The notes beneath the pieces were generated by a model that searched no databases, was not told where the DNA came from, and saw only the letters and a program-made list of their open reading frames with translations. Below, piece by piece: positions 52,752 to 62,772 of a DNA stretch of 64,000 nt (position 1 is the first letter of the stretch; each line of letters starts with the position of its first letter). Source of the stretch: an uncultured Bacteroidota bacterium (GTDB taxonomy: Bacteria > Bacteroidota > Bacteroidia > UKL13-3). The stretch is from assembly GCA_903910445.1 (NCBI GenBank), contig CAIVZR010000006.1:2127-66126 (forward strand), in the 5' to 3' direction. The translations under genes and the position numbers were made by a program.

Positions 52752-54213
52752 TCATTCTTTTTTACCTACTTCCCTTAATCTAAAATGGTTCTATGGCCTA
52801 GGACTCGCATTCATTTTGCTGAGTTTGGCTGGACTGCTTTATTTTGAATTTGAAGTAGGCATGGTATTTCCTATTGTCTTGGCTATTGTTTTGGTTGCTA
52901 TTTTAAGAAGTGATATTTTAATCCTTGTTATTTCCTTTTTAGTGCCCCTTTCCATCAGTATTAAAGATATTGGAGAAGGAACAGGTTTTGGGATGAACTT
53001 CCCATCGGAACCAATCACGTTTGTATTGATGGTAGGCTCCTGGATTAAATTTTTTATCGATGGCCAAATCGATCGAAGAATTTTAAAACATCCGCTCACC
53101 AAAGGAATTTTATTTTATTTGGGATGGATTTTATTTACCGCCATCTTCAGTACCCGCTTCGAAGTAAGCATCAAGTTCTTCATCAATAAGCTTTGGATTA
53201 TTACTGTATTTTATTTTTTAGCAGCACAGCTATTTTCAAAAACGATTAATATAAAACGCTTTTTGTGGTGTTATATGGTGCCGATGATTGGCATCGTGGT
53301 GTATACCATTATCAATCATAGTCAGTTTAATTTTCTGCAAAAAGATGCGTATTGGGTTTCCAAACCTTTCTATATCGATCATGGCGTATATGCTGCCTCT
53401 ATGGCTTTTTTTGTGCCTGTGCTTATTGGATTTTTAGCTTATAGCGGCACATTTCGTTTCAGCAACTTTATGCGATTCGTTATTGGATTATTTCTGGTGA
53501 TACTAATTATGGGTGTGGTATTTTCATTTACACGTGCCACCTGGGTAAGCCTGGTAGCAGCAGCCGTTTTTTTTGTTGCATTATTACTGAAAATGAAATT
53601 GCGCAACATCATTATTATCGGTGCTTTTAGTGCATTTATCTACCTTAATTATAAGGAGCAAATTAGCATGGTACTTCGCGATAATAAACAAGATAGTGCC
53701 AACGATTTTGGCGGACATGTAAAAAGTATTTACAATGTAAGTACTGATGATAGTAACCTGGAGCGTATCAACCGATGGCATGCTGCGTTACGCATGTGGA
53801 AAGAGAAACCTATCCTAGGCTGGGGACCAGGGGTATACAAATTTGAATATGCGCCGTATCAAGTATCCTTTGAAAAAACAAAAATTAGTACCAATTTTGG
53901 TATTGGAGGAAATAGTCATAGCGAATATGTCGGGCCATTATGTGAGACAGGTTTCATTGGCCTTGGTTCGTTCTTATTGGTTATTATTTTATTTACATCA
54001 ACTGGGATGCGATTTATTTATCATACCAAAAACAAGGAACATAAAATCATTGCCACCTGTTTACTCCTGGGCTTAACTACCTATTTTGTGCATGGCTTTC
54101 TTAACAACTACAGCGACAGCGATAAAGTAGGTGTGATGATTTGGGGCTTTATGGCCGGCTTGGTCGCCCTGGAATTGCAGGAAAAGAAGAGCGAGGAAGG
54201 GCTGGAATCATAG
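52744..54213 (+). CDS. O-antigen ligase / Wzy-like polytopic membrane protein
   Basis: At least 10 TM helices with a large periplasmic loop (RINRWHAALRMWKEKPILGWGPGVY..) typical of Wzy_C / O-antigen ligase. It overlaps the upstream gene by 8 nt. Confidence 0.65.
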   Translation: MSNHSFLPTSLNLKWFYGLGLAFILLSLAGLLYFEFEVGMVFPIVLAIVLVAILRSDILILVISFLVPLSISIKDIGEGTGFGMNFPSEPITFVLMVGSWIKFFIDGQIDRRILKHPLTKGILFYLGWILFTAIFSTRFEVSIKFFINKLWIITVFYFLAAQLFSKTINIKRFLWCYMVPMIGIVVYTIINHSQFNFLQKDAYWVSKPFYIDHGVYAASMAFFVPVLIGFLAYSGTFRFSNFMRFVIGLFLVILIMGVVFSFTRATWVSLVAAAVFFVALLLKMKLRNIIIIGAFSAFIYLNYKEQISMVLRDNKQDSANDFGGHVKSIYNVSTDDSNLERINRWHAALRMWKEKPILGWGPGVYKFEYAPYQVSFEKTKISTNFGIGGNSHSEYVGPLCETGFIGLGSFLLVIILFTSTGMRFIYHTKNKEHKIIATCLLLGLTTYFVHGFLNNYSDSDKVGVMIWGFMAGLVALELQEKKSEEGLES

Positions 54214-54279
54214 CCTGTTTAAATTTTTCTCAGAATAATCAAAACACCCGATATGTTATTTGATGAAATAATTAACTAT

Positions 54280-54398
54280 GGGGCGACCCGTTAATTGTAT
54301 TGATTATTCGCGACGTTGTATTTAGCTCCAGAGGAGCGTCCCGTTAATAGCCACTATGCAACACCCTGCATTTAGCCCCATCGGGGCGTCCCGTTAAT
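54280..54398. repeat. Upstream REP copies (3, inverted orientation), GC-rich hairpin gcccc-N3/4-ggggc plus cccgttaa
   Basis: ggggcgacccgttaat (half-site, 54280), gctccagaggagcgtcccgttaat (54325) and gccccatcggggcgtcccgttaat (54375). Coordinates may be off by 1-2 nt. Confidence 0.7.
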
Positions 54399-54438
54399 AA
54401 AAATTTTATTACTATTTTTGCTTTAATAAAAAAATCTT

Positions 54439-54903
54439 ATGGCAAATACATTATCACAAATCTACATTCAACTTGTTTTCGCAACTCAGGGAAGACAAAG
54501 CCTTATTCCTAAATCTAACAGAGAATTTCTTCATAAATTCATTTCTGGAATAATCAGCAAACGAGGCCAAAAATTATTATCTATTTTTTGTATGCCCGAT
54601 CACATACATCTTCTAGTAAGTATTGATCCAAATATTGCTATTTCTGATTTTGTTAGGGATATAAAATCAGGCTCATCAAAATTCATTAATGATTCACATT
54701 GGACACAACATAAATTTAATTGGCAAGCAGGTTACGGCGCATTTTCATATTCAAAAAGCCAAATTGATCAGGTTGTAAAATATATTTTGAATCAAGAAGA
54801 ACACCATCAAAAAAAGTCGTTTAAAGATGAATACCTTGATTTATTAAAGAAATTTGAAATCGATTATGATGAAAAATATTTATATGAATTTTTGGATTCA
54901 TAA
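54439..54903 (+). CDS. REP-associated tyrosine transposase (RAYT; IS200/IS605 TnpA-like, Y1 HUH family)
   Basis: 154 aa. HUH motif PDHIHLLVSI. The catalytic Tyr region is AGYGAFSYS and the conserved N-terminus is IYIQLVFATQGRQ. Confidence 0.85.
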   Translation: MANTLSQIYIQLVFATQGRQSLIPKSNREFLHKFISGIISKRGQKLLSIFCMPDHIHLLVSIDPNIAISDFVRDIKSGSSKFINDSHWTQHKFNWQAGYGAFSYSKSQIDQVVKYILNQEEHHQKKSFKDEYLDLLKKFEIDYDEKYLYEFLDS

Positions 54904-54918
54904 AATATCAAAACCCAT

Positions 54919-55165
54919 TTAACGGGTCGCCCCGATGGGGCTTATGGTACACGACCATTTTCGATTCATTCCTATTAACGGGTCGCCCCGCTGGGGCTTG
55001 CAGTACACAACCATTTCTGATTAATTCCTATTAACGGGACGCCCCGCTGGGGCTTGCGGTACACGATTATTTTCGATTCATTCCTATTAACGGGGCGCCC
55101 CGCTGGGGCTTGCGGTACACAACCATTTCTGATTAATTCCTATTAGCGATGCGCCCCGCTGGGGC
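54919..55165. repeat. Tandem REP array: 5 copies of a ~57-bp unit, each with a ttaacgggNcgccccgctggggc hairpin
   Basis: Copies start near 54919, 54975, 55031, 55087 and 55143. The inter-REP spacers (ttgcagtacacaaccatttctgattaattccta) are also conserved. Confidence 0.8.
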
Positions 55166-55415
55166 TAAATACAAGGTTAGGGCTTAGAAAATATTTGCAT
55201 CAATTAACGGGGCAATATGGAGATTTCAGTTGGAAGGTTTATAATGACGTGTGATTAATAATACACCAATAATACATAACCATAAATTATGCTTCTTTGG
55301 CTTTAAATTGCTGTCTTTTGCCACTCCTGCCCCAATAATTACCCTAAAATTTTATGCGTCAACATTACTAACTTACTTTTATATTTGCGGTTCTCAAAAA
55401 AACACAAAAAAAGCA

Positions 55416-56672
55416 ATGGCTGTAGTTATAAGAATGCCCAAAATGAGCGATACCATGACCGAAGGGGTTATCGTGGCATGGAACAAAAAAGAAGGTGATT
55501 CGGTGAAAGTTGGTGATATCCTTGCGGATGTGGAAACCGATAAAGCCACCATGGAATTGGAAAATTTTGAAAAAGGCACCCTCCTTCATATTGGAATTAA
55601 AGCTGGTCAGGCAGTTCCCATCGACGCCATCATCGCCGTAATTGGAGAACCAGGAGAAGATTGGAAAGCGTTGCTCGATGCTCCTAAAACAGAAGCACCT
55701 AAAGAAACAACCCCTGCTGCCGTTACGCCAGCAGCGACGAATACCCCTGCTGCAATATCAACACCCGCAACCCAAATAACCGTTGTGGCTGCACCAGCCC
55801 AAACCGCCGACGAAAGTCGTATTAAAGCCTCTCCATTGGCCAAATCAATTGCCAAAGAAAAAGGAATTGCCTTAACTCAAATTACTGGCAGTGGTGAAAA
55901 TGGTCGTATCGTGAAACGCGACCTCGAAAATATTCAATCGGGTAGCAGCACCCCAAGCAAGCAAATTACAGTTACTGGAAACTTCATGGCCGAAAGCTAT
56001 GAGGAAATTCCTGTATCGCAAATGCGCAAAACCATTGCCCGCCGATTACTCGAAAGCAAGAATGGTGCACCACATTTTTATCTTACCATCGATATCAACA
56101 TGGATAAGGTATTGGAAAGCCGCAAGAGCATCAATGCCAATGGTGAATTTAAAATATCCGTGAACGACTTCATCGTGAAAGCATCAGCCGAAGCACTTAC
56201 ACGCCATCCTATGGTAAACAGTAGCTGGCTGGGCGATAAAATTCGCGTTAACCACCACGTAAATATCGGAATTGCCGTTGCAGTTGAAGATGGTTTGCTT
56301 GTTCCTGTAGTACGTTTTGCCAATGGTAAGAAATTATCTCAGATAAGTAAAGAAGTAAAAGAGTTTGCTCAAAAAGCAAAAGATAAAAAACTACAACCTT
56401 CCGATTGGGAAGGAAATACTTTCAGTATCTCAAACTTAGGAATGTTTGGCATTGAAGAATTCACCGCCATAATCAATCCACCCGATGCATGTATCCTCGC
56501 TGTGGGAGCTACACGCGAAACCGTGATTGTAAGTAATGGTGCATTTAAAGCAGCCAATATGATGAAAGTAACCATGAGTTGCGATCATCGTGTTGTTGAT
56601 GGCGCTACTGGTGCAGCCTTCCTAAAAACTTTAAAAGAATTATTGGAAGATCCGATTCGTATTATTCTTTAA
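55416..56672 (+). CDS. 2-oxoacid dehydrogenase complex E2 component (dihydrolipoyllysine-residue acyltransferase)
   Basis: Lipoyl domain (ILADVETDKATMELE), Ala/Pro/Thr linker, E3-binding domain (SPLAKSIAKEKGIAL), catalytic domain with DHRVVDGA. The real start is the internal Met (MAVVIRMPKMSDTM); the ORF track runs upstream to 55251. Confidence 0.85.
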   Translation: MAVVIRMPKMSDTMTEGVIVAWNKKEGDSVKVGDILADVETDKATMELENFEKGTLLHIGIKAGQAVPIDAIIAVIGEPGEDWKALLDAPKTEAPKETTPAAVTPAATNTPAAISTPATQITVVAAPAQTADESRIKASPLAKSIAKEKGIALTQITGSGENGRIVKRDLENIQSGSSTPSKQITVTGNFMAESYEEIPVSQMRKTIARRLLESKNGAPHFYLTIDINMDKVLESRKSINANGEFKISVNDFIVKASAEALTRHPMVNSSWLGDKIRVNHHVNIGIAVAVEDGLLVPVVRFANGKKLSQISKEVKEFAQKAKDKKLQPSDWEGNTFSISNLGMFGIEEFTAIINPPDACILAVGATRETVIVSNGAFKAANMMKVTMSCDHRVVDGATGAAFLKTLKELLEDPIRIIL

Positions 56673-56687
56673 GAAGATAATTACCCT

Positions 56688-57710
56688 TTATTGATAATCT
56701 ACTAAGGCTTCTACATGATAGCCGTATTGATCCCAGTCGAGTACTGTTGGGTAGTGGTTTTTGCGCAAATAATCGTAATCAACATTTACCGAATTCAATA
56801 CCTTATCGTTGAGCCCAATTTCATCGAGCCATATCTTGAAGGTGAAATTATCGAAGGTGTAGAAATTATCGTTTACCTTATAACTACCCACATCGATATC
56901 ACTTGGAAAATACCAAGTAGCAGGGTACTCTTTATACAAATAAATTTTACTTAGCATATTGCTGTTATTATTATAAAGCATTTCTACATACAACGGGGTT
57001 CCCTTGTCTTTGGATAACGACTGACTTCCACCATATACCTTAAACCTAGTAAAAACAATACTTCCAGGCTCGTTGGAAATACTAATTCTTTGTGAATAGG
57101 TGGCTTGTCGGGTGCCACATTTACTGCGAAGCAATACTATATAATTTCCTCCACTGGTATAGGTATGGGTTGGGTTGGTTAAGGTAGATGTAGTACCATC
57201 TCCAAAATCCCATACAAACTCCCCTGCAAACGCCGAATAATTATAGAAGGTGATGACTGATGGTGCTCTATAACTTCCTTTCTCAGCGTAGTAACTAAAA
57301 TTGGCGATGATGGGTTGTAATGTATCGAGTTGTATTACTATCTGACGTGTGCCTTCCTCCTTGCCATTAATGGCTTTCACCAAAACCGTATAACTCCCAC
57401 TGGCATTAAATACATGATAAGGATTTTGATCCGTAGAAGTAACCCCATCGCCGAAATTCCATTCATACTTTGTATCACATGATACATTGGTTACATTGGA
57501 ACTGAAATACACACCATATGGAGGCTTGCAACTATTCGGATAATATCGTGCATAATCTACTATCGGTTTCACAAACTGGCAAGAGCCATCATCGTTCTTC
57601 GCTCGATTATAATTCTTCGCACATTTATTAGTGCATCCATTTTTCTTACGGCATGCTCCAATGCCCAAGGCTAGGCTAATAGCAAAGATCAACAAGAAGA
57701 TTTTTTGCAT
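56688..57710 (-). CDS. Lipoprotein with two PKD domains
   Basis: Lipoprotein signal ...ALGIGAC. PKD signatures are YEWNFGDGVTSTDQNPYHVF and FVWDFGDGTTSTLTNPTHTYTSGGNY. Confidence 0.7.
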   Translation of the reverse strand: MQKIFLLIFAISLALGIGACRKKNGCTNKCAKNYNRAKNDDGSCQFVKPIVDYARYYPNSCKPPYGVYFSSNVTNVSCDTKYEWNFGDGVTSTDQNPYHVFNASGSYTVLVKAINGKEEGTRQIVIQLDTLQPIIANFSYYAEKGSYRAPSVITFYNYSAFAGEFVWDFGDGTTSTLTNPTHTYTSGGNYIVLLRSKCGTRQATYSQRISISNEPGSIVFTRFKVYGGSQSLSKDKGTPLYVEMLYNNNSNMLSKIYLYKEYPATWYFPSDIDVGSYKVNDNFYTFDNFTFKIWLDEIGLNDKVLNSVNVDYDYLRKNHYPTVLDWDQYGYHVEALVDYQ

Positions 57711-57751
57711 AAAGTGGTTTTGTTTCTTACAAAAATAGCAGTTTTAGCAAA

Positions 57752-59128
57752 CTAACCAAACAGTTGTGAGAATAAGGCATCAAGCTTGCTCACGGTTTGA
57801 ATTTCAATTTTAAATTTATTCAAACTCAGGCCCTTGGTATTATAACGCGAAATGAAAATTTGTTCGAAGCCCAATTTCTCTGCTTCGGCAATGCGCTGTT
57901 CAATGCGATTCACACTGCGTATCTCACCACTCAATCCTACTTCGCCAGCAAAACAAATTTTACTGTCAATTACCATCTCCTGATTCGATGATACCAAGGC
58001 TGCTACCACACTCAAATCTACTGCAGGATCTTCAATTCGTAATCCACCTGCAATATTTAAAAACACGTCTTGGGTGCCAAAACGGAATCCACATTTTTTC
58101 TCGAGCACTGCCAGTAACATACTCATGCGTCGTAAATCGAAACCGGTGGCGGTACGTTGAGGCATACCATAGGCAGTAACACTTACCAAAGCTTGTATCT
58201 CAATGAGCATGGGCCTTAAGCCTTCGAGTGCGGCACTAATGGCAACACCCGTTACCGGTTCATCACGCTGCGAAATAAGAATTTCTGAGGGGTTATTTAC
58301 TTGTCGTAATCCCGTTCCTTGCATCTCATAAATTCCGAGTTCGGCCGTCGATCCAAAACGATTTTTTATGGTACGTAAAATACGATAGCTATAGTGACGG
58401 TCGCCCTCAAATTGCAGAACGGTATCCACCATATGCTCCAGCAATTTCGGACCCGCGATACTTCCATCTTTGGTAATATGCCCAATTAAAAAAACGGGGG
58501 TATTGCTTTCTTTTGCAAAGCGCAATAACTCTCCGGCACATTCTCTTATTTGAGTGATGCTACCTGCTGTACTATCTATATTTTCACTGAAGAGGGTTTG
58601 AATGGAATCCACTATCACCACCTCGGGCTTCAGTTGTTTCAACTGTTGCGAAATGATTTTGGTATTCGTTTCGGTGAGTATATAACATTGATCGGGTATA
58701 GTGCCAATACGGTCGGCGCGCATTTTTATTTGCGCCTCACTCTCTTCACCACTAACATACAATACATTTTGACTTTTAAGAGATAAGGCTATTTGCAGCA
58801 TCAGTGTTGATTTCCCAATGCCTGGCTCGCCTCCTATAAGTACTACGCTGCCTGCTACAATTCCTCCACCCAAAACCCGATTGAGCTCCGCATCATTGGT
58901 TACAAGGCGTTGCTCATTACCAGCTTCTACCTCACTTAATGGGCGAACACGGGGAATGGCCTTTTTTCCATTCGCATCTTCCTTCCATTGTGTCCGTTCA
59001 TTTTTTTCTTTCACAACCACCTCTTCAACGAGGGTATTCCACTCGCCACAACTATTGCACTTACCCATCCATTTAGGCGATGAGTAGCCACAATTCTTAC
59101 AAAAGAAAACTATTTGTTGTTTTGCCAT
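57752..59128 (-). CDS. radA: DNA repair protein RadA/Sms
   Basis: N-terminal C4 zinc finger (CKNCGYSSPKWMGKCNSCGEW), Walker A GGEPGIGKST, the KNRFG motif and a C-terminal Lon-protease-like domain. Confidence 0.9.
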   Translation of the reverse strand: MAKQQIVFFCKNCGYSSPKWMGKCNSCGEWNTLVEEVVVKEKNERTQWKEDANGKKAIPRVRPLSEVEAGNEQRLVTNDAELNRVLGGGIVAGSVVLIGGEPGIGKSTLMLQIALSLKSQNVLYVSGEESEAQIKMRADRIGTIPDQCYILTETNTKIISQQLKQLKPEVVIVDSIQTLFSENIDSTAGSITQIRECAGELLRFAKESNTPVFLIGHITKDGSIAGPKLLEHMVDTVLQFEGDRHYSYRILRTIKNRFGSTAELGIYEMQGTGLRQVNNPSEILISQRDEPVTGVAISAALEGLRPMLIEIQALVSVTAYGMPQRTATGFDLRRMSMLLAVLEKKCGFRFGTQDVFLNIAGGLRIEDPAVDLSVVAALVSSNQEMVIDSKICFAGEVGLSGEIRSVNRIEQRIAEAEKLGFEQIFISRYNTKGLSLNKFKIEIQTVSKLDALFSQLFG

Positions 59129-59259
59129 GAATATTGATGGACAGGTCCAGTTTTAAATTTTTATTATCAATAACAAAAAGGTCATTACCCAAAAAGAATT
59201 GGCGTCGAAAGTGATTATCGTAAGTTATAATTCGCGAATGAAAACATCAGCGAATGAAC

Positions 59260-60150
59260 TTACGCATCAATCATATTTCCTTCCTGACGTTGTATTTTAT
59301 TGTCTTTCCACAAATCGGCCAATAATACCAATTGTTTCTTAAGGTTTTTTCTATGAACAATAAAATCGAGGAAACCATGCTCTACCAGGAACTCACTACT
59401 TTGAAAACCTTTTGGTAAATCCTTACCAATGGTTTCACGAATTACACGAGGACCTGCAAATCCAATGAGGGCTTCAGGTTCGGCAATATTAAAATCGCCC
59501 AGCATCGCAAAAGAAGCGGTTACACCTCCAGTAGTTGGGTCGGTAAGTAAAGAGATATAAGGAATTTTATCTTGAGATAGCAAAGCCAGTTTCGCGCTGG
59601 TTTTTGCCATTTGCATTAAGGAGAATGCCGCTTCCATCATACGTGCACCACCCGATTTTGAGATCATTAGAAAAGGCATTTTGTGTTCGCGGCAATAGTC
59701 GATACTGCGCGCTATCTTCTCTCCTACCACACTTCCCATACTTCCTCCAATGAATCCGAAATCCATACAGGTAATCACAAAATCGTGCTGATCAATTTTA
59801 CCCACGGCACTGCGGGCAGCATCTTTCAAGCCCGTTTTCATAATGGTTTCTTCTATCCTTTTGGTGTATGGCTTACTATCCACAAATTCCAATGGATCAC
59901 CACTAATGAGGTTCTCAAATAATTCTTTGTATTCGCCTCCATCAAAAAGGATATCGAAATATTCCTCACTGCCAATTCGGGTATGATATTCGCAATGCGG
60001 ACATACGTATAAATTTTGTTCTAAATCGGTTTGTAATGTTACTTTCTTACACCGAACGCACTTGTACCAGAGTCCATCGGGAGTCTGTTTCTTTTCCTTT
60101 GTGGAAGTGCGTATATTTTCTGTAAGTCGTTTGTACCAAGGTTCACCCAT
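59260..60150 (-). CDS. accD: Acetyl-CoA carboxylase carboxyltransferase beta subunit
   Basis: Zn-ribbon [26 protein letters not shown] and carboxyltransferase core [12 protein letters not shown]...[19 protein letters not shown]. Start placed at the internal Met (MGEPWYKR); the ORF track extends to 60189. Confidence 0.85.
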   Translation of the reverse strand: MGEPWYKRLTENIRTSTKEKKQTPDGLWYKCVRCKKVTLQTDLEQNLYVCPHCEYHTRIGSEEYFDILFDGGEYKELFENLISGDPLEFVDSKPYTKRIEETIMKTGLKDAARSAVGKIDQHDFVITCMDFGFIGGSMGSVVGEKIARSIDYCREHKMPFLMISKSGGARMMEAAFSLMQMAKTSAKLALLSQDKIPYISLLTDPTTGGVTASFAMLGDFNIAEPEALIGFAGPRVIRETIGKDLPKGFQSSEFLVEHGFLDFIVHRKNLKKQLVLLADLWKDNKIQRQEGNMIDA

Positions 60151-60196
60151 AACCGCAAAAGTAAAGTTTTTTTGCAGTTCAAAAAGCACATTTTTT

Positions 60197-61978
60197 TTAG
60201 TTCAAAGAAGGGGCCATTTCCGTTATCGGAGTGCGATGCTTACGTTCCCCGATTTGTTGTCTCCACATGGCATAATACAAGCCCTTTTCTGCAAGCAATT
60301 CATCATGGCGTCCCGACTCAATGATGCGTCCCTGTTCCAATACAAAGATTCGGTCAGCATGCATGATAGTACTCAAACGGTGCGCAATTAAGATGGTAAT
60401 AATGTCCTTATTGGCATTAATTTCCTTGATAGTATCGGTAATTTCTTCCTCAGTAATCGAGTCGAGTGAAGAGGTGGCTTCATCAAAAACCAGCAAATTG
60501 GGGCGACGAAGCAAGGAACGGGCAATGCTTAATCTTTGTTTTTCTCCCCCACTTACTTTCACGCCGCCTTCACCAATAACGGTATCGATGCCCTTATCGG
60601 CTCGGGCCAATAACTTATCACAGCTCGCTTTCTTCAATACATCGCTGATATCCGAATCGGTAGCATTGGGTGCTACAAACAATAAATTTTCTTTGATAGT
60701 TCCCGAAAATAATTGGGTGTCTTGGGTTACAAAACCAATTTGTTCGCGTAACTCATTTTTATCAATTTCCATCCCATCGATTCCATCATAAAGTACTTTA
60801 CCTGTGATGGGATGATACAAGCCTACCAAGAGTTTCACCAAGGTGGTTTTTCCACTGCCACTCGGGCCAACAAAGGCAATAGTTTCGCCCTTATTAATTT
60901 TGAAACTGATATTCTCCAAAGCTGGATGCTTCGCACTTTGGTGCTGGAAACTTACATTCTCAAATTCGAAACTCACCAACTTGTTTAATACCTTAGGTTT
61001 CTCAGGTTTAAATTCAATGGGGGTATCAAATATTTTTTGAAGGTTACTGAATGAAACTTCTGCTTCGCGGTGTATTAAAATGATATTACCTAGTTCTTGT
61101 AATGGATTAAAGATAAAGAATGAGAAGAACAAGAATGAGAAATAATCGCCTTGTGTGATACGTGTTTGATAAACCAAAAACAAAAGCAATACTACCATAC
61201 AACTGCGGGTAAACTGAATGATGGTACCTTGCACGAAACTCAAACTACGAATGTATTTCACTTTCTTGAGTTCGAGACCTAAAATTTTGTAGGTGGTATC
61301 GTTCAATCGCTTTATTTCTTGATTGGCCAATCCCAAACTCTTTACTAATTCTATATTACGCAAACTCTCGGTGGTGCTGCCAGCTAAAGCTGTTGTTTCT
61401 TTCACAATCGTTTTTTGCATTCCCTTGATTTTGCGACTTAGGTATTGGCTCAAAAATCCAACGATAACTACACCTCCAAAATATATTAAGGCGATATGCC
61501 AGTCGCGTTGAATCGCATACCAAAACACAAAGATGATACCTACTAAACTAGTAAATAATACCCCTACCAAAGCACCGATAAATTTTTCGCTATCGGTACG
61601 CGCCTTTTGTAAAACTGATAATGTTTCTCCACTACGCTGGTCTTCGAATACCTGATAAGGCAATTCGAGTGAGTGCTTCAAGCCATCGGCATATACATCG
61701 GCGCCCAGTTTCTGAATCACCACATTCATAAAATAATCCTGAATGTTTTTGGCAATACGTGAAACCATGGCTACGCCTACACTGCAGGATACCAAAAATA
61801 TTATGGTATGCCAAAATTGATCACTGCTCAAAGTATGTATTGGAACAATTACCTGATCAACGAGCTTCCCAATGATGATGGGGTCAATCATGGTAAAAAC
61901 CTGACTGATAGTGGCTAATAATAATGTAATAAATACGGTGGATTTATATCTTTTTAAGTACTGAAATAATAACTTCAT
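60197..61978 (-). CDS. ABC transporter ATP-binding/permease fusion (MsbA-like type I exporter)
   Basis: 6-TM N-domain, Walker [14 protein letters not shown] signature [16 protein letters not shown] and Walker [13 protein letters not shown]. Start placed at the internal Met ([12 protein letters not shown]); the ORF track extends to 62038. Confidence 0.85.
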   Translation of the reverse strand: MKLLFQYLKRYKSTVFITLLLATISQVFTMIDPIIIGKLVDQVIVPIHTLSSDQFWHTIIFLVSCSVGVAMVSRIAKNIQDYFMNVVIQKLGADVYADGLKHSLELPYQVFEDQRSGETLSVLQKARTDSEKFIGALVGVLFTSLVGIIFVFWYAIQRDWHIALIYFGGVVIVGFLSQYLSRKIKGMQKTIVKETTALAGSTTESLRNIELVKSLGLANQEIKRLNDTTYKILGLELKKVKYIRSLSFVQGTIIQFTRSCMVVLLLFLVYQTRITQGDYFSFLFFSFFIFNPLQELGNIILIHREAEVSFSNLQKIFDTPIEFKPEKPKVLNKLVSFEFENVSFQHQSAKHPALENISFKINKGETIAFVGPSGSGKTTLVKLLVGLYHPITGKVLYDGIDGMEIDKNELREQIGFVTQDTQLFSGTIKENLLFVAPNATDSDISDVLKKASCDKLLARADKGIDTVIGEGGVKVSGGEKQRLSIARSLLRRPNLLVFDEATSSLDSITEEEITDTIKEINANKDIITILIAHRLSTIMHADRIFVLEQGRIIESGRHDELLAEKGLYYAMWRQQIGERKHRTPITEMAPSLN

Positions 61979-62048
61979 TTGAATAATTCTAAATAAGGGC
62001 ACAAAGGTAATAGAATATTCGAAAAAATTAAGTTCCAAAAAATATTTT

Positions 62049-62064
62049 TTTAGGTGCGACTAAA
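62049..62064. promoter_or_regulatory. Candidate DtxR/MntR operator (tttag-gtgcgac-ctaaa-like imperfect palindrome) in the divergent ABC / dtxR promoter region
   Basis: 12 of 16 positions are self-complementary. It lies about 36 bp upstream of the dtxR-like start. Confidence 0.3.
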
Positions 62065-62099
62065 TTATATTTTTGCACAATCGAAATTATTCATTCCTT

Positions 62100-62762
62100 A
62101 TGTCAAACTTGAGCATTTCTGAAGAAAACTACCTAAAGGCCATCTTCCATTTATACAAGCATGGAGAAGGCATAGGCACCAATGCTATTGCCCGACATTT
62201 GGATACCAAACCCGCATCGGTAACCGAAATGCTCAAGAAGTTGGCCGATAAAAAATTGCTCACCTATGAAAAATACCAAGGGGTAGTACCAACACGAAAA
62301 GGATTTACTTTGGCATTGGGGGTGATACGAAAACACCGTTTATGGGAATACTTTTTAGTAGAGAAACTTAAACTAAAATGGGATGAAGTACACGAAATCG
62401 CGGAACAATTAGAGCATATTCAATCGGACTTATTGGTAGAGCAACTCGATGCCTATCTTGGGTTTCCAAAGCTAGACCCGCATGGTGATCCCATTCCAGA
62501 TAAGGACGGAAAAATGTGTGCTATGAATTGCTGTTGTGTGAGTGAAATAAAACCCAATTCAAATGCCCGCATTTTCGGAGTTAAAAATCACACCTCGGCA
62601 TTTTTGAAACATTTGGAAAAGCTCAATCTCACCATTGGCAAGACTTTCACTTTGGTGAACAGAAACGATTTTGATCAATCGGTAGAATTGGTTCTTAACA
62701 AACAAACGATGCATATCAGTAAAGAAGTAGCAGAAAATATTTTGGTAGAAAAATTAAAGTAA
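62100..62762 (+). CDS. DtxR/MntR-family metal-dependent transcriptional regulator with C-terminal FeoA/SH3-like domain
   Basis: ENYLKAIFHLYKHGEGIGTNAIARHLDTKPASVTEMLKKLADKKLL (HTH), the metal-binding/dimerisation helix and a C-terminal FeoA-like segment. Start taken at the internal ATG; the ORF track TTG is at 62073. Confidence 0.8.
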   Translation: MSNLSISEENYLKAIFHLYKHGEGIGTNAIARHLDTKPASVTEMLKKLADKKLLTYEKYQGVVPTRKGFTLALGVIRKHRLWEYFLVEKLKLKWDEVHEIAEQLEHIQSDLLVEQLDAYLGFPKLDPHGDPIPDKDGKMCAMNCCCVSEIKPNSNARIFGVKNHTSAFLKHLEKLNLTIGKTFTLVNRNDFDQSVELVLNKQTMHISKEVAENILVEKLK

Positions 62763-62772
62763 AGATTCAACC

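Larger units (their letters stand above)
54280..55165. mobile_element. REPtron: RAYT (IS200-like Y1 transposase) gene flanked by inverted arrays of REP hairpin repeats
   Basis: Three REP copies upstream in one orientation (...gccccatcggggcgtcccgttaat...) and five tandem ~57-bp units downstream in the opposite orientation (ttaacggg[atg]cgccccg[ca]tggggc...). The tnpA-like gene lies between them. Confidence 0.75.

Noticed and set aside
54919-55165. Regular ~57-bp tandem repeats that look superficially like a CRISPR array
   Set aside because: The intervening segments are themselves conserved, so there are no unique spacers. The repeats are GC-hairpin REPs, no cas genes are present, and an adjacent RAYT transposase explains them.
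55251-55415. ORF-track N-terminal extension of the E2 gene across the REP-proximal region
   Set aside because: The extension has no start codon context, is hydrophobic junk, and overlaps promoter sequence. A conserved lipoyl-domain start, MAVVIRMPKMSDTM, lies at 55416.
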